Positions 37,141 to 50,640 of a stretch of 64,000 nt of DNA are shown in pieces. A model generated the notes under the pieces. The model saw only the letters and a program-made list of their open reading frames with translations. It was not told the DNA's origin and made no database searches. Position 1 is the stretch's first letter; each line of letters opens with the position of its first letter. A program made the position numbers and the translations under genes. The stretch comes from Amphiscolops sp. MND2022 (taxonomy: Eukaryota): NCBI GenBank assembly GCA_964187785.1, contig OZ076409.1, positions 49,044,001 to 49,108,000 on the forward strand, read 5' to 3'.

Positions 37141-37357
37141 TGTTGTATTCTAAGAGTATGAAGCTAAGAAAAAAGGAAAAGAGGATAAAATATAAGCGTT
37201 CTAAATTCGTACTGTGTCACAAACAAACGTATCAAAAAATGAGTATGTTTAATTTAAGTTTGTTTAGTTCGGTACTAACTACTCGTATAGTCTTGTAGAC
37301 TAATGTTCATGAACCGAAGCTCGACAAAGGTCAAGGGGACGCATGAACCGTATAACA
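37141..37357 (-). repeat. 5' LTR
   Basis: tgttgtattctaag...cgtataaca. Confidence 0.92.
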
Positions 37358-38194
37358 AAATTAACTAATGAATAAATTATGGTGATCACTCACAGTGGCA
37401 ACCTGCCCGCAGATGGAAATGAAAAATGTGAAAAATCCCCTTAGTTTACGCGGACAAACATAAGAAACACTATTGCTGTTCTGACTGACGAGAATATGAA
37501 CATAGATGTTCCTGCCACTAATCAAGAAGGCTGTAGGAAGGGCTCCGCTTGGAGAATGAGAAACGTATGAAAACTGATGACTCTGGTCACAAATATGCGA
37601 CATAACGCTTATAAGTATACTCCAAATGAGCTATCGAGCGACAGTCCCGTTGAGGAGGCTGTGGCTGAGATAAGTGACTGGTCCCAATATCAAACCGACA
37701 CCAGAAAGCTAATCCTGTGGTTCTGAAACACAATGTTGAAACTTCTACAACAACTTCTCCTGAGCAATGACAGAGAGGTCATCTTTATGTGACGAGAGGC
37801 TGACAATGGGCGACTTACAGAAATCCAGGACTTGGGACGGACTGTGAATGGATTGTCATTCGGCGCGCCAGAAAATCTAAGTTGTGACTTATATAATGAA
37901 ACTGGCCATTTAATAATGGTAAGAATCATAGGGCTCATCAAAGAAACAAATCGGTTTCGTAAGCAATCGGAACATTCTGCAAAACATCAAATTTGAAAGC
38001 AATGAACGCGAAAAACTACGAGTTTCAATCGAACATAGTAAATCCCGTAGTTTGAAAAAACAGGTTATAGTGCAAAACAATCGCATACAGCCTACATTCC
38101 CTTCCCAGTGATCCTGTAACAACCAGTTCCCGGCTGTTATCACTTTGAACCCTATCACTTCAATCAAGTTTTTTGGTAATCAATAAGAGTGATT

Positions 38195-38640
38195 TTCGTG
38201 ACGTCACTATCGCGCACACGGTGTGTAGAGAATTGTTTCACTTCGTTACTGCGACGTCAAAGCGAGGCCAAGGAATTCAAAATAACGTCAACACTACGTC
38301 GCTACGGTGGCAGTAAGAATTGAATGTGCTTTCGTCAACCTTACGTCACTGCTCTGGCATAAAAGTTTGAGTTTACGTCAACACTGCGTCATAAGCGAGA
38401 CAGTACTTTGAATCTACGTCCACATTACGTCAACGATTGTATCAAAATTTTTAAAAATTGTACTACTACGTCGCACTTGCGTCAACAATGCTGGCAAAAC
38501 GAAATGGAAGTGTAATGAGAATGTTCCCTGTGAAGAGGAAACTTTCAACAATGATTTTCAAGCATAAACAGGGGTTAGGCTTACGTCAATATGTTATTAC
38601 AATATGAAAAAGTTGTTTGAACTTTTACGTCAACCGACCG
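38195..38640. repeat. Cluster of (T)ACGTCA-type motifs, often paired ~11-12 bp apart
   Basis: More than a dozen acgtca/gcgtca/acgtcg copies, e.g. taacgtcaacactacgtcg, ttacgtcaacactgcgtca, ctacgtccacattacgtca. Confidence 0.7.
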
Positions 38641-40149
38641 TTGATCTAAATTTTAACGATACTTTTTGCTCAAGCCCATGGTGAAACGATTGCGAAACTT
38701 ATCACTGATGTTTCAAAGAAAGATTTGTTAACGTGATTAAGTTGTGACCCAGAAATCACGACGATGTTCAATTTTTACAGGTGAAACTTCTTCTTGTTGT
38801 TTCAATGTTATAATCAATTTGCAGTTGTATTAAAATGGAACCAAACACTGCTGAATTATCATTTTCCAAATATTTTGTTCCATATTAATTTCTCTACGGG
38901 TACTTTTGATTGCTCGTGTTGTATGGAAAAGATATAAAGAACTGACGCAATCATGGCGACAACTTTACGTTGTACAACCTTCATTGGAGATACGCACTGA
39001 TTTCAAAAGTTTTCCATGACAACTGTTATATAGTTGGAAACGTCGGTTTAACCAAACGTTACAATTCCCATTTATTTCTGTTGCTTTCATCTAGCATTTC
39101 GATCAATTCGCCCGAGAAATGATAGTTTCATTGGTCACCTCCGCATCAAGGTTTCGTCATGTTCTACCGAAATATGTTTTCTTCACACCTAGCGTGATTG
39201 ATAACGCAGATTTTTCCACCAGAGTGACGATAAGTCAAGAACAACCTATCGCTGAACAAAAGTGATTTCCACACTGTCTGGTCGAAAAATCAACGAAAGT
39301 ATGAATAAATCTGGAAATTACGATATTGTGACGACAATATGACGATTGACACAAATAATCTTAAAATCGCGGATGTTCTCAACTTTGTCAATAACATTTC
39401 ACGTTTTTAATCTTCCTAGGAGTGTTAAGGAATGAACAAAAAAACGCTAGTATTATGTTGTATTAATTTTTATTTTGGAGAGAATTCGAAAATTAGTTGT
39501 TTGTAATTCTGCATCAGTTGGAATTGAAAAAAAAATTGAATTGAATCTTTCTCGACAGCAACATTTTCCGTAAACCTCAAAAATGAAAACACAGTAATTT
39601 TTGGTACTTCGTGTTCTTTTCGGGTTTGAATACTAAAAGTGGCCGACTAAATCGAGTTCTCTACATTACATAGTTTGCGCACTATGTTCATTCATCTCAC
39701 TGCACTTATTCAGTAATGTTGCAATTGTATAGCATGTTCAAATACCTTTGAACATGATGCAATTTGTACAAAGCTGATTGAAGTCTCTTTACATTTCATT
39801 TTTGTTCACAGTATAAGTCTAAGGCGCTACAAGCTAGACACGAGGTACCTGCTAGCTTGTGGACACGAAGTACCATCATTAGCGGGATGATGACCCGCGT
39901 GTTCCTGCATCCAAACCACCCTCTTTTACTACTGTATGCCATATGGTCGAATACTTCCCTGTAACTCAGTCATTCAGTGGTTAGTCACAATTGTTCACTT
40001 CCAGAATCTGAGGTTTCTTCCGGGAAAACGTTTCGAATTCGATGAAACAACTTGGTCAAATTGTCTAAACTTTTGATTGGTCTGTTTCTAATTTTTCCTA
40101 CGATGTGTGGTGCAACGAATGAATCAGCTCTTGGCATCTAACTTATGGT

Positions 40150-40450
40150 GAAAGGTTTGTTCAGGTCATGTTACAATACCAAAAAATATTGATACACCAC
40201 TGGGTGAATACTTTTCCTCCTTGCGACCTGGAAACCAAGTGTCTTTCAAAATAATTGTCCTCTAGTTTCACAGATTGGTTCCTTGCCTGAAACAAAATAA
40301 CGTCTTTTGAGAAATGACATGGCTGATTTGGTCTACGCCTTTGATATTTTTGTCAAGTTCTAATGAGTTGTTAAACGGAGTATAAAGTTTGAGAATCTGG
40401 TTCTCCGTGTAGGCTAATTGAAATTCGTGCGCTTCGCTGCATACAGTGAT
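40150..40450 (-). pseudogene. Old LINE reverse-transcriptase remnant
   Basis: Colinear degenerate motifs EFQLAY, ISKA(F)DQISH and G.R(Q)GG..SP, with stops and frameshifts. Confidence 0.4.
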
Positions 40451-41399
40451 TCAATCACGCTGCATAACTCCAACCAAACGTTCACGTTTCCAGAAGCATT
40501 TGTAGCCATTGGATTTGTTGTGTGTAGAGAGCGATAGAGGCTTTTGCAAAATCATGTTATTCATTTCGAAGGTTTTTTGATCTGCCAATTTTATGATCCA
40601 ATAAATTTGAGTCCAAAATCTAAAGAGTCTGATTTGATTTCTTTGACCATATAAACCATGATCGTCATCTGAATTGTTCACCTGAATTTGTTCTCTCATG
40701 TCCTAAATCATGACAACCAATTTCATTATTGAACAGACTACATTTTATGATAACCAGGAGTAGTATCTGGTTTGAGAGGCTAACAAGAGGCACAGTGACA
40801 ATGCGAAATTCTTCGTTAGCTGTTGAAAGACGCCTCTGGAAAGAAACGGACACTCACAAAACGGACACATTGTTTGAAACCAAAAAGCAGCAGAATAGTC
40901 TCAGCTCAAACGCTTCTACAAATCCCGAAACGAGCTCATGTATACATGATTATGGGGTCTCAAAAATTCGGTTTGAAAAACAAAATTCCTTATAGCAAGA
41001 CCTAATTCAAAAGAAAGCCATGAAATTGGAACTGCACTTGATTGTTCTTCACGCTCAGAAAAGATTCGGAAGAAATTCGAAGAAATTCGGAAGTAATTCG
41101 GAAGATTCGCATAAAATTGGACTTACTGCATTTCTATTGTTCTTTATGTCAGAAAAGAGGATTAATATAGTTCAGTTTAGAAACAAATAAACGTTTGAAT
41201 ACGAATATTATTGAACCCCAACGTTTTCACTGAACCCCAGCGGACAAAAAATCGGAATTAAAGTTAGAAGTGATAACCTTGCATTTGTTACTTCGAAAAA
41301 ATTCAATTCGAAACGATACAGAAGCTCGACACGCGTTTGTTGTGAACACCTACGTCGGGAAAACTATTTGATAAAAAATATGTTGAACTTTTTCTCTAC

Positions 41400-43780
41400 C
41401 TGTGCAAGCCTCAAAACAATTGCCCACGCCAGACTTGAACCCTGGCTTCCTGCTTCCCAGCCCCCGTGACCTAAATATAGATCCCCGCCTTAACTTTCAC
41501 AACTTCCGTGCAAAAGCTAAAATTTTGCGTTTCATGGGAAATCGAAAACAAGACGTCCACTGACCAGCAAGATATTTTCCGTCCAAACTGTTCTAGCAAC
41601 GACATTTTTGAGGCTCAAGAGTAGCCTTTGCACTATGAAAACACATAGCAGTTTGCAGGAAAGAAAGTTTTGACACTTCTTGATTCATCTTAAACTATTT
41701 GTAAAGGAAACACCTGATTATAAAATGCGCTAAGAATACTGCTTAACTAAGTGAATACCAGTACCTAATATACCAAAATTTTATAATTTTATATACACAA
41801 AAAAAACTTTACAAATTTCAAAAACTGGAAAAAGTTGATACCTTCGACCGCTTTGGGTCGTTCTAACGAGTTTTTCAAACAAGAAGCTGCGCATATGTTT
41901 GATGAAAAAAGTTTCGACTCTTTGGGTTAAGGTCATTCTATTTCAGGAAAAACTTCAAGAACACACTAAACACCTATTTGTTTTGTTGTCCGTCTCTTTG
42001 GATATCAAAACCTAACCGAATAATATTTCATAATTTTGGACAAAAATTCGCTGAAAACGTCAAAAATCTCAGAAACTTTTGACTTTTCGACAATTTATTC
42101 TTGTTGATTTACGAAATTGTTCTAATGGTTTACAAAAAAGTATAGAGAAATTCCAAAAACAAACACACTTTGGATTAATTGATTATTTAGGTCGTTCTGC
42201 TGACCTTTTAACATACAAAATTAGAAACTTCTTTTTTAAAACATTCTGCATGTCTATTTTGAAAATTAGGTATTTTCGAACTTTTACGAACGTTTGGGTA
42301 CATTTATTAAAATTTCCCTAAATTGTCAATCAGCAATTGTCAATCAACAAGAAGCTGAAATATGATTTTTCTTACTATCATGAAGTCAATTTGAGGGTCT
42401 TTTCTAATATGAATCCCCAATTCGAAAAATTCAGAAACTTTGCTTAAGAAACGTTGGAGTTGGATTTTTGTCATTTCCAACTCATCATGGTCAGTTTTGT
42501 GTGTTTTGAACATTCTAGCCACAAAAATTCTCCAAAACTGTACAAAAACTGCAGGAAAAACGACAAACTGGAAGTTTTGGTTTTTCGATGTTTTGGGGGT
42601 AAAATTGAGGCAGATTTCTAATTATAATTTGCATTTATTTTTCTCAAAAAGCCAACTGGACATCATATTCAAATGATGAACCGTTTCAAAGTACTATTTT
42701 GCAAAATCTTTCTTAAAATCTTTTCGATAAAAAGTTGCGTTGAAAAACTCAAAAACTGTAAATTTTTTGATACTTTTGGTTTTTTGGGGGTCATTTTGAG
42801 GCTTTTGTTGAACAGGAAACTCCAATTGATTACCAGAAAGTCTACTCTTTCCTGCGTTTGTTGACTGTTGACTGTATTCATTCTCTCAGAAAACGAAATT
42901 TACGAAATTTCCAACAATACTCGATTTCGGAAATTGGATTCTCGACACTCCTTTGGACCATTCTCAGATACTGTTCCACGTAGAAAACAACAAAGTTTTC
43001 CTTCAAAAGCCTAGCGTCATGGTCTGGAGCTTTGGGACCGTCTAATCCACAAAAACGTAAACAAACCAACACTAAACTTGTCAAAAGTACGGGTCACATT
43101 GAGACATTTTAAAAACACAAGTCAGCAAATACTTCCAACAAAGCCCAGCTGAATGTCAACTGGAATCGCGTTGTTGAACCATTTTTTTCTAACCCTCGGA
43201 ACGTTTCGAAAACTTCACAGACATTGCACAAAAACCTCTAAGGCTTTCCAATTTTCTACTTTCCGACTCACCAGTGTCGTTTGCAAGTGTTTCTGATACA
43301 AAACACTCGATATTCTCACCTAAAAGGATACAACATGCAAGTTATCCGCCTTCGATTGTTTTCAGCATTCTAATTCTCAAAACTTCTCATAAATTGTTCT
43401 CAGATAACACAAAAACTACACAAACTGGAAATATTTGGACATTCGACAGTTTTGGTGTAAAATCAAAGCAAATTTTTCAATCAAATGAATGCATTTGAAT
43501 CTTTAAAAAGCCTACTGGACAACCATTTTAGTTGTTGTTGAACTGTTTCAGAGTTGTAATCAATGAAACCCCAATTTTGAGGTCCTTGTGGTAATTTGTT
43601 TTACCAAATTGCATTTTATTTCCCGAACAACCCTTTTAGACAAAAGTTGCAAGGAAACGTGAAAAATCTACCAACTTTAGAGTTTTTGTCATTTTGGTAG
43701 CGATTTCTGCTTTTTATTCATTAGTAAACTCCGTTCACTTCTTCATAAAATAATTTGTGACTCAACAGATGATGCTCTCT
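41400..43780. repeat. Second, more decayed copy of the 11700-13930 repeat family with ~180-bp units
   Basis: Head matches 11700-11880. Recurring aaagcc.actgga and acattcta motifs at ~42510, 42650, 42840, 43140, 43365 and 43510. Interrupted or followed by the solo LTR at 43824. Confidence 0.65.
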
Positions 43781-43823
43781 GGCTATAACAAACTAAACGT
43801 GATGCAAAAAAGTTGTAATGTTA

Positions 43824-44606
43824 TGTAACGGCAAGCTCTGGTACAGCAATATCAACCGATTTTGCAACTTTGACATGTTCAGAAATTTTGTCAAAAATTC
43901 TAATCCGATGTGTGACGTGGCACTGAGCATGTGATTGCTCTTTTCGCTGTTTCCACGAAATTGGCAGGTACTTCGACAACAAAGAGCAAGAACGAGCAAA
44001 AACACGGGCGCGCCGCCATGACAGAAGCCAGAGACGGCAAGAACATCCGAATATAGACTCTTTTTGAGGTGCTAACACCGGTTTTATCGATTTTCAGCAT
44101 TATGCTACCCTATGTAGCAGAAACCGGTAAAATGAGTCTTTTCGCTTAATTGTCCTTGTTTGGTGCTTGGAGCCCCTGCGCCCCAGCTTTTTAGCTGTGT
44201 GGTTTGCCATTCCGACGTGTACTTTGATGTATTTTTGCTGGATTTAGCCGTTTGAACTAGCGCCAGCGCTGGTTTGTGCAATTTTAGATCTTATTCCCCA
44301 TTTTAGATATTATTCCGATATCAGATGGAAGATGGAAATTTACACTGTTTATTCTTGGCATTGTTTTTAAAGGCTGTCTAAACGGTGGTCCCAGGCAAAG
44401 GGCCGAGACGGATGCCCGTTATTCTCAGCAGTTACAGACTGGGACCAGGCCAGAGAGCGTCCTACAAGACGGTTCCCCCACCTTGGGACTGGCTCCTTCG
44501 GAGGGAAAATGAGCTAGAGCCGCGGAGATCTAGGTCCCAGATTATATTCGCTGTTCTAGTTCCTCCACTCTACGTTGCGGTTCAAGCGCCAGCGCTTATC
44601 GTTACA
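43824..44606 (+). mobile_element. Solo LTR (783 bp), diverged relative of the 1766-2510 LTR
   Basis: TGTAACGGCAAGC...GCTTATCGTTACA (11/13 inverted). Shares tcaaaaattc, ggcaggtac and attttagatcttattc in the same order. Flanks read TTA|element|TTA. Confidence 0.8.
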
Positions 44607-45567
44607 TTATGTCAAAATTTCTGAAAAAGTTATGCATATTCGAGAGAAACGATTTAACCATGTCTGAAAAAATTCAAAATGATTGATCTGAAAGTCATGA
44701 CAAAATGTTCCGTTTACGTTTACGAACAAGTTGAACGCAACTGCCTTGAGAGCGGAATATTTCCATCAGTAGTTTCAATTGGCCAGTCGGTACTGAATTC
44801 CAAAAGCACTTACCCGAAAAATGGCCTTTCTCATTTTGAGGCATTGATAAAATTTGAGTTAAAACTAACAAACTGATTCTGTTTAAATTGAATGACCATC
44901 AGGACAAATAACCCTATCTATCGATTGTTTCCGAAAAAAAATTGAAAGCTGAAACTAGTGAACTGAAAAGTGAAAATTTAAAGAAAACGTAAATGACGAA
45001 AAAAAGTCATCGATCTGACTTCAGATCTTAGGTGTCTAATTTTATTGTAGATCATAGGCCTCCCCTTTTCTTATTGACATTGACAGTAACCTTCAATTTG
45101 AGACAAAGTTGTGTGCCACATTCGCAATACATAATGAACTAGATGGGAACGGATGAATGACGACGATATTGCCATCTGAAACAGGATTTTAAAAGTTTAC
45201 TAAAGGATGGCAAGGCACTAAAACTCAAAAAGCTCAAAGTCTCACTAAAAAGCTCAGAATGGATTTCAAAAAATTTCATCACTTTCATTGTGTTAAAAAT
45301 ACTCGAAGGGCCAATTGACGGCTTCAAAAAACGCTTTTTTGATAAAAATATCAAAAAATACCCAAACTGGTGAAACAAATTGGGAAAAAACGAATATCAC
45401 CAAAAATCCTAAAGATGGTAAACTTTAGGCTTGAAAAACGTTTTTTTGGAAGTTGAATCACAAAGGGACACATTGGTGAAATGAAATGTTTTTGAAACAC
45501 CTGGCCAAGTGTCAAAAATCAAAAGTGGACCCTTTAACACGTGAAAGGTTTGTAAGCAAAGTCATCA

Positions 45568-45960
45568 TTTAATAGTCGGTGCTTCATGAAGTGAAACGCG
45601 GCTATACTAGTGAGTCTTTTTTTCAATCAAAACGACTGACCAAATGGGTTCTACAAAATTCTACGAGAATTTAAGGTGTCAAATTGGACCATTTGGCCAA
45701 GGGAACTGAATCATAAAGGTAGTTCAATTTTTCAACGTAATATACAATACCGAGCAAGACCAAAACGTCTCCCGTTTCAATATATTTCTTCGATATTTTG
45801 CAGCAGAATGGATGGTAGGAAATCCGAAAGTGTGCCCCTTTTAGCGCGCCTGGGGCACGCCATAGCGGGGCCTGGCGCGCCAATTCGGTCCAACTGTTGG
45901 GTATTTCGGGTACTGTAGAAGAGAATACTTGACACTTTGAAGTTCTTGAGCTATTTTTAT
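45568..45960 (+). mobile_element. HINE-like element, partial copy E
   Basis: 5' tagtcggtgc...gaaacgcggctatactagtgagt. 45870-45955 is the reverse complement of copy A 21290-21372. Confidence 0.6.
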
Positions 45961-46069
45961 TATACATTTAAAAGCGGGTTTTATTGATAAGATACGTAGC
46001 ATTTTGCGGTTTTTTTATTTTGCATCAAGCTTGCAGATATTATGGTACTTTTCAAATGAATGACCTGTC

Positions 46070-48024
46070 TAACATCTTCTGAAGCGAGTGTGCCAACTAC
46101 GCTTCGCAACAGACTGCCGTGACAACCAAATACAATTCTTGAAGAAACCGCCAACAGTGTCGAAAACCATTTTTACATGAACTATTATCTTGAGTCAAGT
46201 CTAACTGTCAACTTGCTCAAGATCTTGTTGTAATGTTAACCAAAGGTGGTTTCAAACCAACAAAACTTATCAGCAATGTTCCACCAGCAACAGCGCCATT
46301 CCGAACCTCAAACTGCCTACCGAATCGACCGAGAAATTGTCTTGGCAACAGACGAAGAAACTTCGCACGTGATGGCTTTGACATTAAACCACAGTCATAA
46401 CGTTTTTGTTGTCAGCAAAGAACCTACGCCTGACTTGAACCAACAAGTAACACAGCGTGTTGTTCTAAGTATAATATTCGCAGTGTATGATCCTGTGCGT
46501 CTTGTCGCGACATACACTGAAAACAGTCCGCCTTTTGTTGAAAGACATTTGGCGCCTAAGCCGGCAACAATGGGACTGCAATTTGCCTGACAATGTAAGC
46601 AAAACGTTTCTTGAATGGGTCGCAAAGCTTCCCATTTCCAGTGAGATAACAATACCGAGAAGCTATTTTGACTGAACAGTTGAACGTATCGAGTTACACG
46701 CGTTCGAAGACTGTTCTCAAGATGTCTTTTCCGCAGTTGTTTTCCTCCGTGCGAGAGTAACCTGTAACGAAAGGACTGAAACGCAAGAAGCCTTTGTGGT
46801 TGGAAAACTCGTGTTGCTCCGATTAAATCCCTCAGAATCCCAATATTGGAACTCCAAGCGGAGCTCTTAGCAGCCTGACTGAGATGTGAAAAGCCACAAG
46901 CACTCCACGTATCGGTTCAGCGGACTTCTACGTGGGCCGATTGCACCACCGTTCTCCAATGGCTACACTCTATCGACAAGAAACGCGTATTAGTCCCAAA
47001 ATTCTTACTTTGACGACATTGGACGAATGGACCCACAAGCCAACAGCCGACAAACCGGCAGTCGCGGGCACTAGCGGCATGTCGGCGAACGTCCTTTTAT
47101 ACAGTTCTTGGCTCAAAAGTCCCAAGTTCTTGATGAATCCTGATTGGTCTTTTCAGCCGCCAGAATGTATCAAAATTGAGGAAATTTTATTCCAATGAAC
47201 TCAACTCCGGGTCAGTTAACCAAGTGACAACAGCAAATACCGCAAGTGTAGCCTCCAATGTCCGAACTCTCGAGTGGCAAACGTACAGGTCGTACGAGAA
47301 TTTTTTGCGCATTGTCGCCTACCTTTTGCGGGATTCACAGAAATTCCCTGTTAACAGACCTAAGACAATTGCAATTACTGATCCTGTCGAGCTAGAGAAT
47401 TCTGAGCAGAAATTGTTCTTCTTGGTACAGTCTGAGTCGTTCCGAAACAAAACAAAAGCCAGCTCAAGTTCCGCTCATTGAGCAAGCCTTCCATAGTAAA
47501 TATTACTCCCCTTTCATCGGTCCAAACGACTTTCTCCTTGCCCAAGATCGAACAAAGCGAGCTTGCAGTTGCCGATTCGGATGTCAAACTGCCCATCTTG
47601 CTTAACAGGCAACAAAACCCTGCAGTTCGATTGTTTCTAAAACACCTGCATCAGAGACGATGACGTCATGGCGTAGAATACTTGAGAGCCTTGATACAGC
47701 AAAGTTGCCATTGTCAAACTGAGAATGACATTGAGAAAGATACGAGCCATGAATATAGCCGATAACAAGCTGAGAGTAAAGACTTCTACAATAAAGATGC
47801 ACTGATTCGTGAATCGATACAAGAATCACAATGTAGCCTCCAATGTCCGAACTCTCGTGTGGCAAACGTACAGGTCGTACGATAATTTTGCGCATTGTCG
47901 TCTACCTTTTGCGGATTTCACCGCAATTATCTGTTAGCAGACCTAAAACAAGAGCAATTACTGATCCTGTTGAGCTAGAAAGTTCTAAGCAGAAATTGTT
48001 CTTCTTGGTAAAGTCTGAGTCGTT
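46070..48024 (+). pseudogene. BEL/Pao retrotransposon pol fragment (RT C-terminus, RNase H, start of integrase), decayed
   Basis: FYMNYYL (from FYMDD), VYDPVRL, WDCNLP, IPRSYF, ELHAFEDCS, IPILELQA, WADCTTVLQWL, WTHKPTADKPAVAGTSG, WLKSPKFL. No LTRs found. Confidence 0.88.
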
Positions 48025-48961
48025 GCGACACTTTGAAAGGTTTTGAAGAAACTTTCAAAAAGTCAACAATTAGGATCTCCATGGGTTTGTCCAGGTCATG
48101 ACGATGCAGCTTTTCACCGTCATACTAATGAAACAAACCCGGTTGTGAGAAAAATGAGGTACTACATAACAAATGCTTTGATGCTTACTTTTTACCGGAT
48201 TCCTCCACAACTCATGGCTACTCATTGCGCCAATCGGTGCTTCATGGCTTTTTGCATCAACGCCAATAGAAAAGAACAATTTTCTCCCCTGTGCACAAAA
48301 CTGCCTGTTCAAGTACTACATGAGTGGCAGTGGCAATGTCTTACAAGTTGTCACAAATCGCTAAAACTTCTAGTTATGCACTTGTTTTTTTTGACAATAT
48401 GTGCTTGTAACATGCTTGCTCGTGCACTTTTTTCATGATTTCTAAAGCTGGTGAATATTCATTTTTGTCTTTGATCTATATTTGTCATGGTGTGAAAAAT
48501 GTGTAAATTTGAGATACGTTTTGCACCAATTTGTTGGAATAATTTTTTGTGACTCAAATTCGTTTCCTCGTCGTTTCAAATATAATTTCAACAGAGAAAA
48601 ACGACTATCATTTTTGCCGTTACACAGGTTTCAGGACTAGTAATACGTCTCATTTTTTCGACGTTTTCGTAGGCTGCAGTACTTTTCCACCAAAAATTCC
48701 AAAAACTGCATGGACTGCTATTTAAAAATTAACCTCGCAGTGTCCCTGGAATGTTTTGTTTCATAGGAAAAATTAACCTGCATGCATTCATGATGTATTT
48801 AAGATTCTCCTGCAGCTTCGAATACGTTCAAAGTGGTCTCTCTTTTACTTTCACTCTTTGATATTTTTATCGTTTGGGTTGACCTTACGTAAGAGAAATG
48901 CGTCAGTAGCTGGTATTTTTCTCAACGTACGTGTTATTTAAAATAATAGCTATAGAACTTT

Positions 48962-49230
48962 TGTAACGTTAAGCAGTGATAGGTAGCTTAGTGCATTACA
49001 AAGGCGGAGAAATAAGTACGGAAACATTCAGTGTGCGGGACTCACAGCTTCCAAAAGCTTATTTATCTTGCTTCCTAATGACGCTAGACCGAGAAGAGGG
49101 AACCGTCTTTCCAGGACGCTCTCTAACCTTAGTCCGGTCTTATACGGCCTCTATATTATACGGGCATCTTGCTGTTCCTCAGGAAATACCTCTTTAAAAC
49201 AGGTTCAAGACTACCAAAATATGAATTGAC
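48962..49230 (-). mobile_element. Diverged LTR 3' part of the 43824-44606 subfamily
   Basis: Begins TGTAACGTTAAGC. Shares gggaaccgtctt..aggacgctctct and acgggcatc with the reverse complement of 44400-44606. The far boundary is unresolved. Confidence 0.7.
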
Positions 49231-49729
49231 TCCAAAGAAGAAATTCCATAAAACGCCATCAAAAAGCCTTCAACTAACAATACAGCACTCTAGAGCATGA
49301 AATCTAAATACAATACAATCAGCACAACATAATTATAACAACGTAGTCCATGATAGTGGTTTCAGCAGGTCGTTTGCCAGCGAACGAGTTGGGAATACCA
49401 AAGGGCACCGTTGATGGGTTTAAGCAGACGACATATTTCTGGGTTTCGATACCTCATGTGGCAAAAAGCACCTTTTTTGACTCAATTTCTTTTCCTCGCC
49501 AGTTTCAGATATAGTTTCAACAGAGAAGAACGACTATCATTATCACTTCTCGATGTCATACAGTGGGACTTGGCACAATTTCAGCTTTTTTCGTGTTCTC
49601 TTCGCTCGTTCTCTTACAGGCGGTTTTTGGGGCACGAGCTTTGCGAAATGCCCATGTGGTGACGTTTTTTTCGCAGATTTCGTGACATGTGCCAATTTTT
49701 CAAACTTGTGAGGCAAATTTCTCAAAACC

Positions 49730-50640
49730 CAGAACAGATACGGACACCATGTTTTCGCTAAAAGTTGAGCAGGTTCCTAGGCTACATTTTCGTTGAAAAA
49801 AATTTCGAAAAAAAATTCGGCTTCATGTTTTTTTTTAAAAGAAATATTGAAAAAACGCAAATTTAAAGAGTATTTCTTCTTTCATCCACTATTTCTCAGA
49901 ACCGAGACTAGATACAGGGTCCATGGTTTCGTATAATATACAGGCGATTCAAAAGCTACATTTTTGCTTAAAAAAATACGTCAAAATTTTTCTCCGACTT
50001 CGCTGTTTGGGCAAAAAAAATGAAAAAATTTCGAAAAATTTTTTCTCATTAGTAGCTCATATTTCTCAAAACTGACGAAAGATACAGAAGCCATTCTTCC
50101 TCAAGACAAACAGCAAGGATGTGGACTTTTTTGTACCAACCAAGTTTTCGTCATCAAGTAGGACGCCTTCGTTTTTCTGCTAAAAGTACTTGTTTTTTTT
50201 CTGAAAAATTTTTTTTAGTTCTTTTATACTTGAGCTTGTATATCTCAGGACCGAGAACGAATACGGAGTCCATGGTTTCGTAATTTGTACGAGGATTCAG
50301 TAGGCTATGCTTAAAGGTAAAAATGATGTCGAATTTTTTTCTCTGGTAGTATTGGGCAAAAAATGGATGAAGAAAAAATTCAGAATATTTCCACTTTTTT
50401 CCCAAATTGTAATTGATTTTTCTCAGAAGTGAAAGTAGATACAAAAACCATTCATCTCACCGAGTTAGGCAAGGATGTAGGCTAGTTCTTGTACTATCAA
50501 AGTTTCCGTCATCAAGTATGACGCCTACGTTTTTCTGCTAAAATTGCAATTTTTCCTTTTCTCAAAATTTTTTTTCACCTTGCTTTTTAATTCTTTAATC
50601 AAAATTTTCTTGATCTGAGACTAGATAAGTTCACTAGGTT
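49730..50640. repeat. ~175-bp tandem array with alternating A/B units (~355-bp dimer)
   Basis: ctcag.acc/agatac..ccat anchors at ~49735, 49897, 50066, 50244, 50422 and 50612. The aagttt.cgtcatcaagta.gacgcct.cgtttttctgctaaaa block occurs only at ~50142 and ~50499. Confidence 0.8.

Larger units (their letters stand above)
30748..37357 (-). mobile_element. Full-length decayed Ty3/Gypsy LTR retrotransposon
   Basis: ~218-bp LTRs (roughly 80% identical by eye), PBS, PPT and domain order gag-PR-RT-RH-IN. Flanks AAGT/AAAT fit a 4-bp TSD with one mismatch. Confidence 0.93.

Noticed and set aside
41061..41110. Short tandem repeats (11-bp ttcggaagaaa here; 21-bp duplication at ~57950; 10-bp x3 at 58861; 16-bp x2 at 21594)
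   Set aside because: Ordinary slippage products with no further structure.
48400..48624. Possible additional LTR ending TTGCCGTTACA (48560-48612 also resembles 49485-49540)
   Set aside because: No matching opposite end or TSD could be defined.
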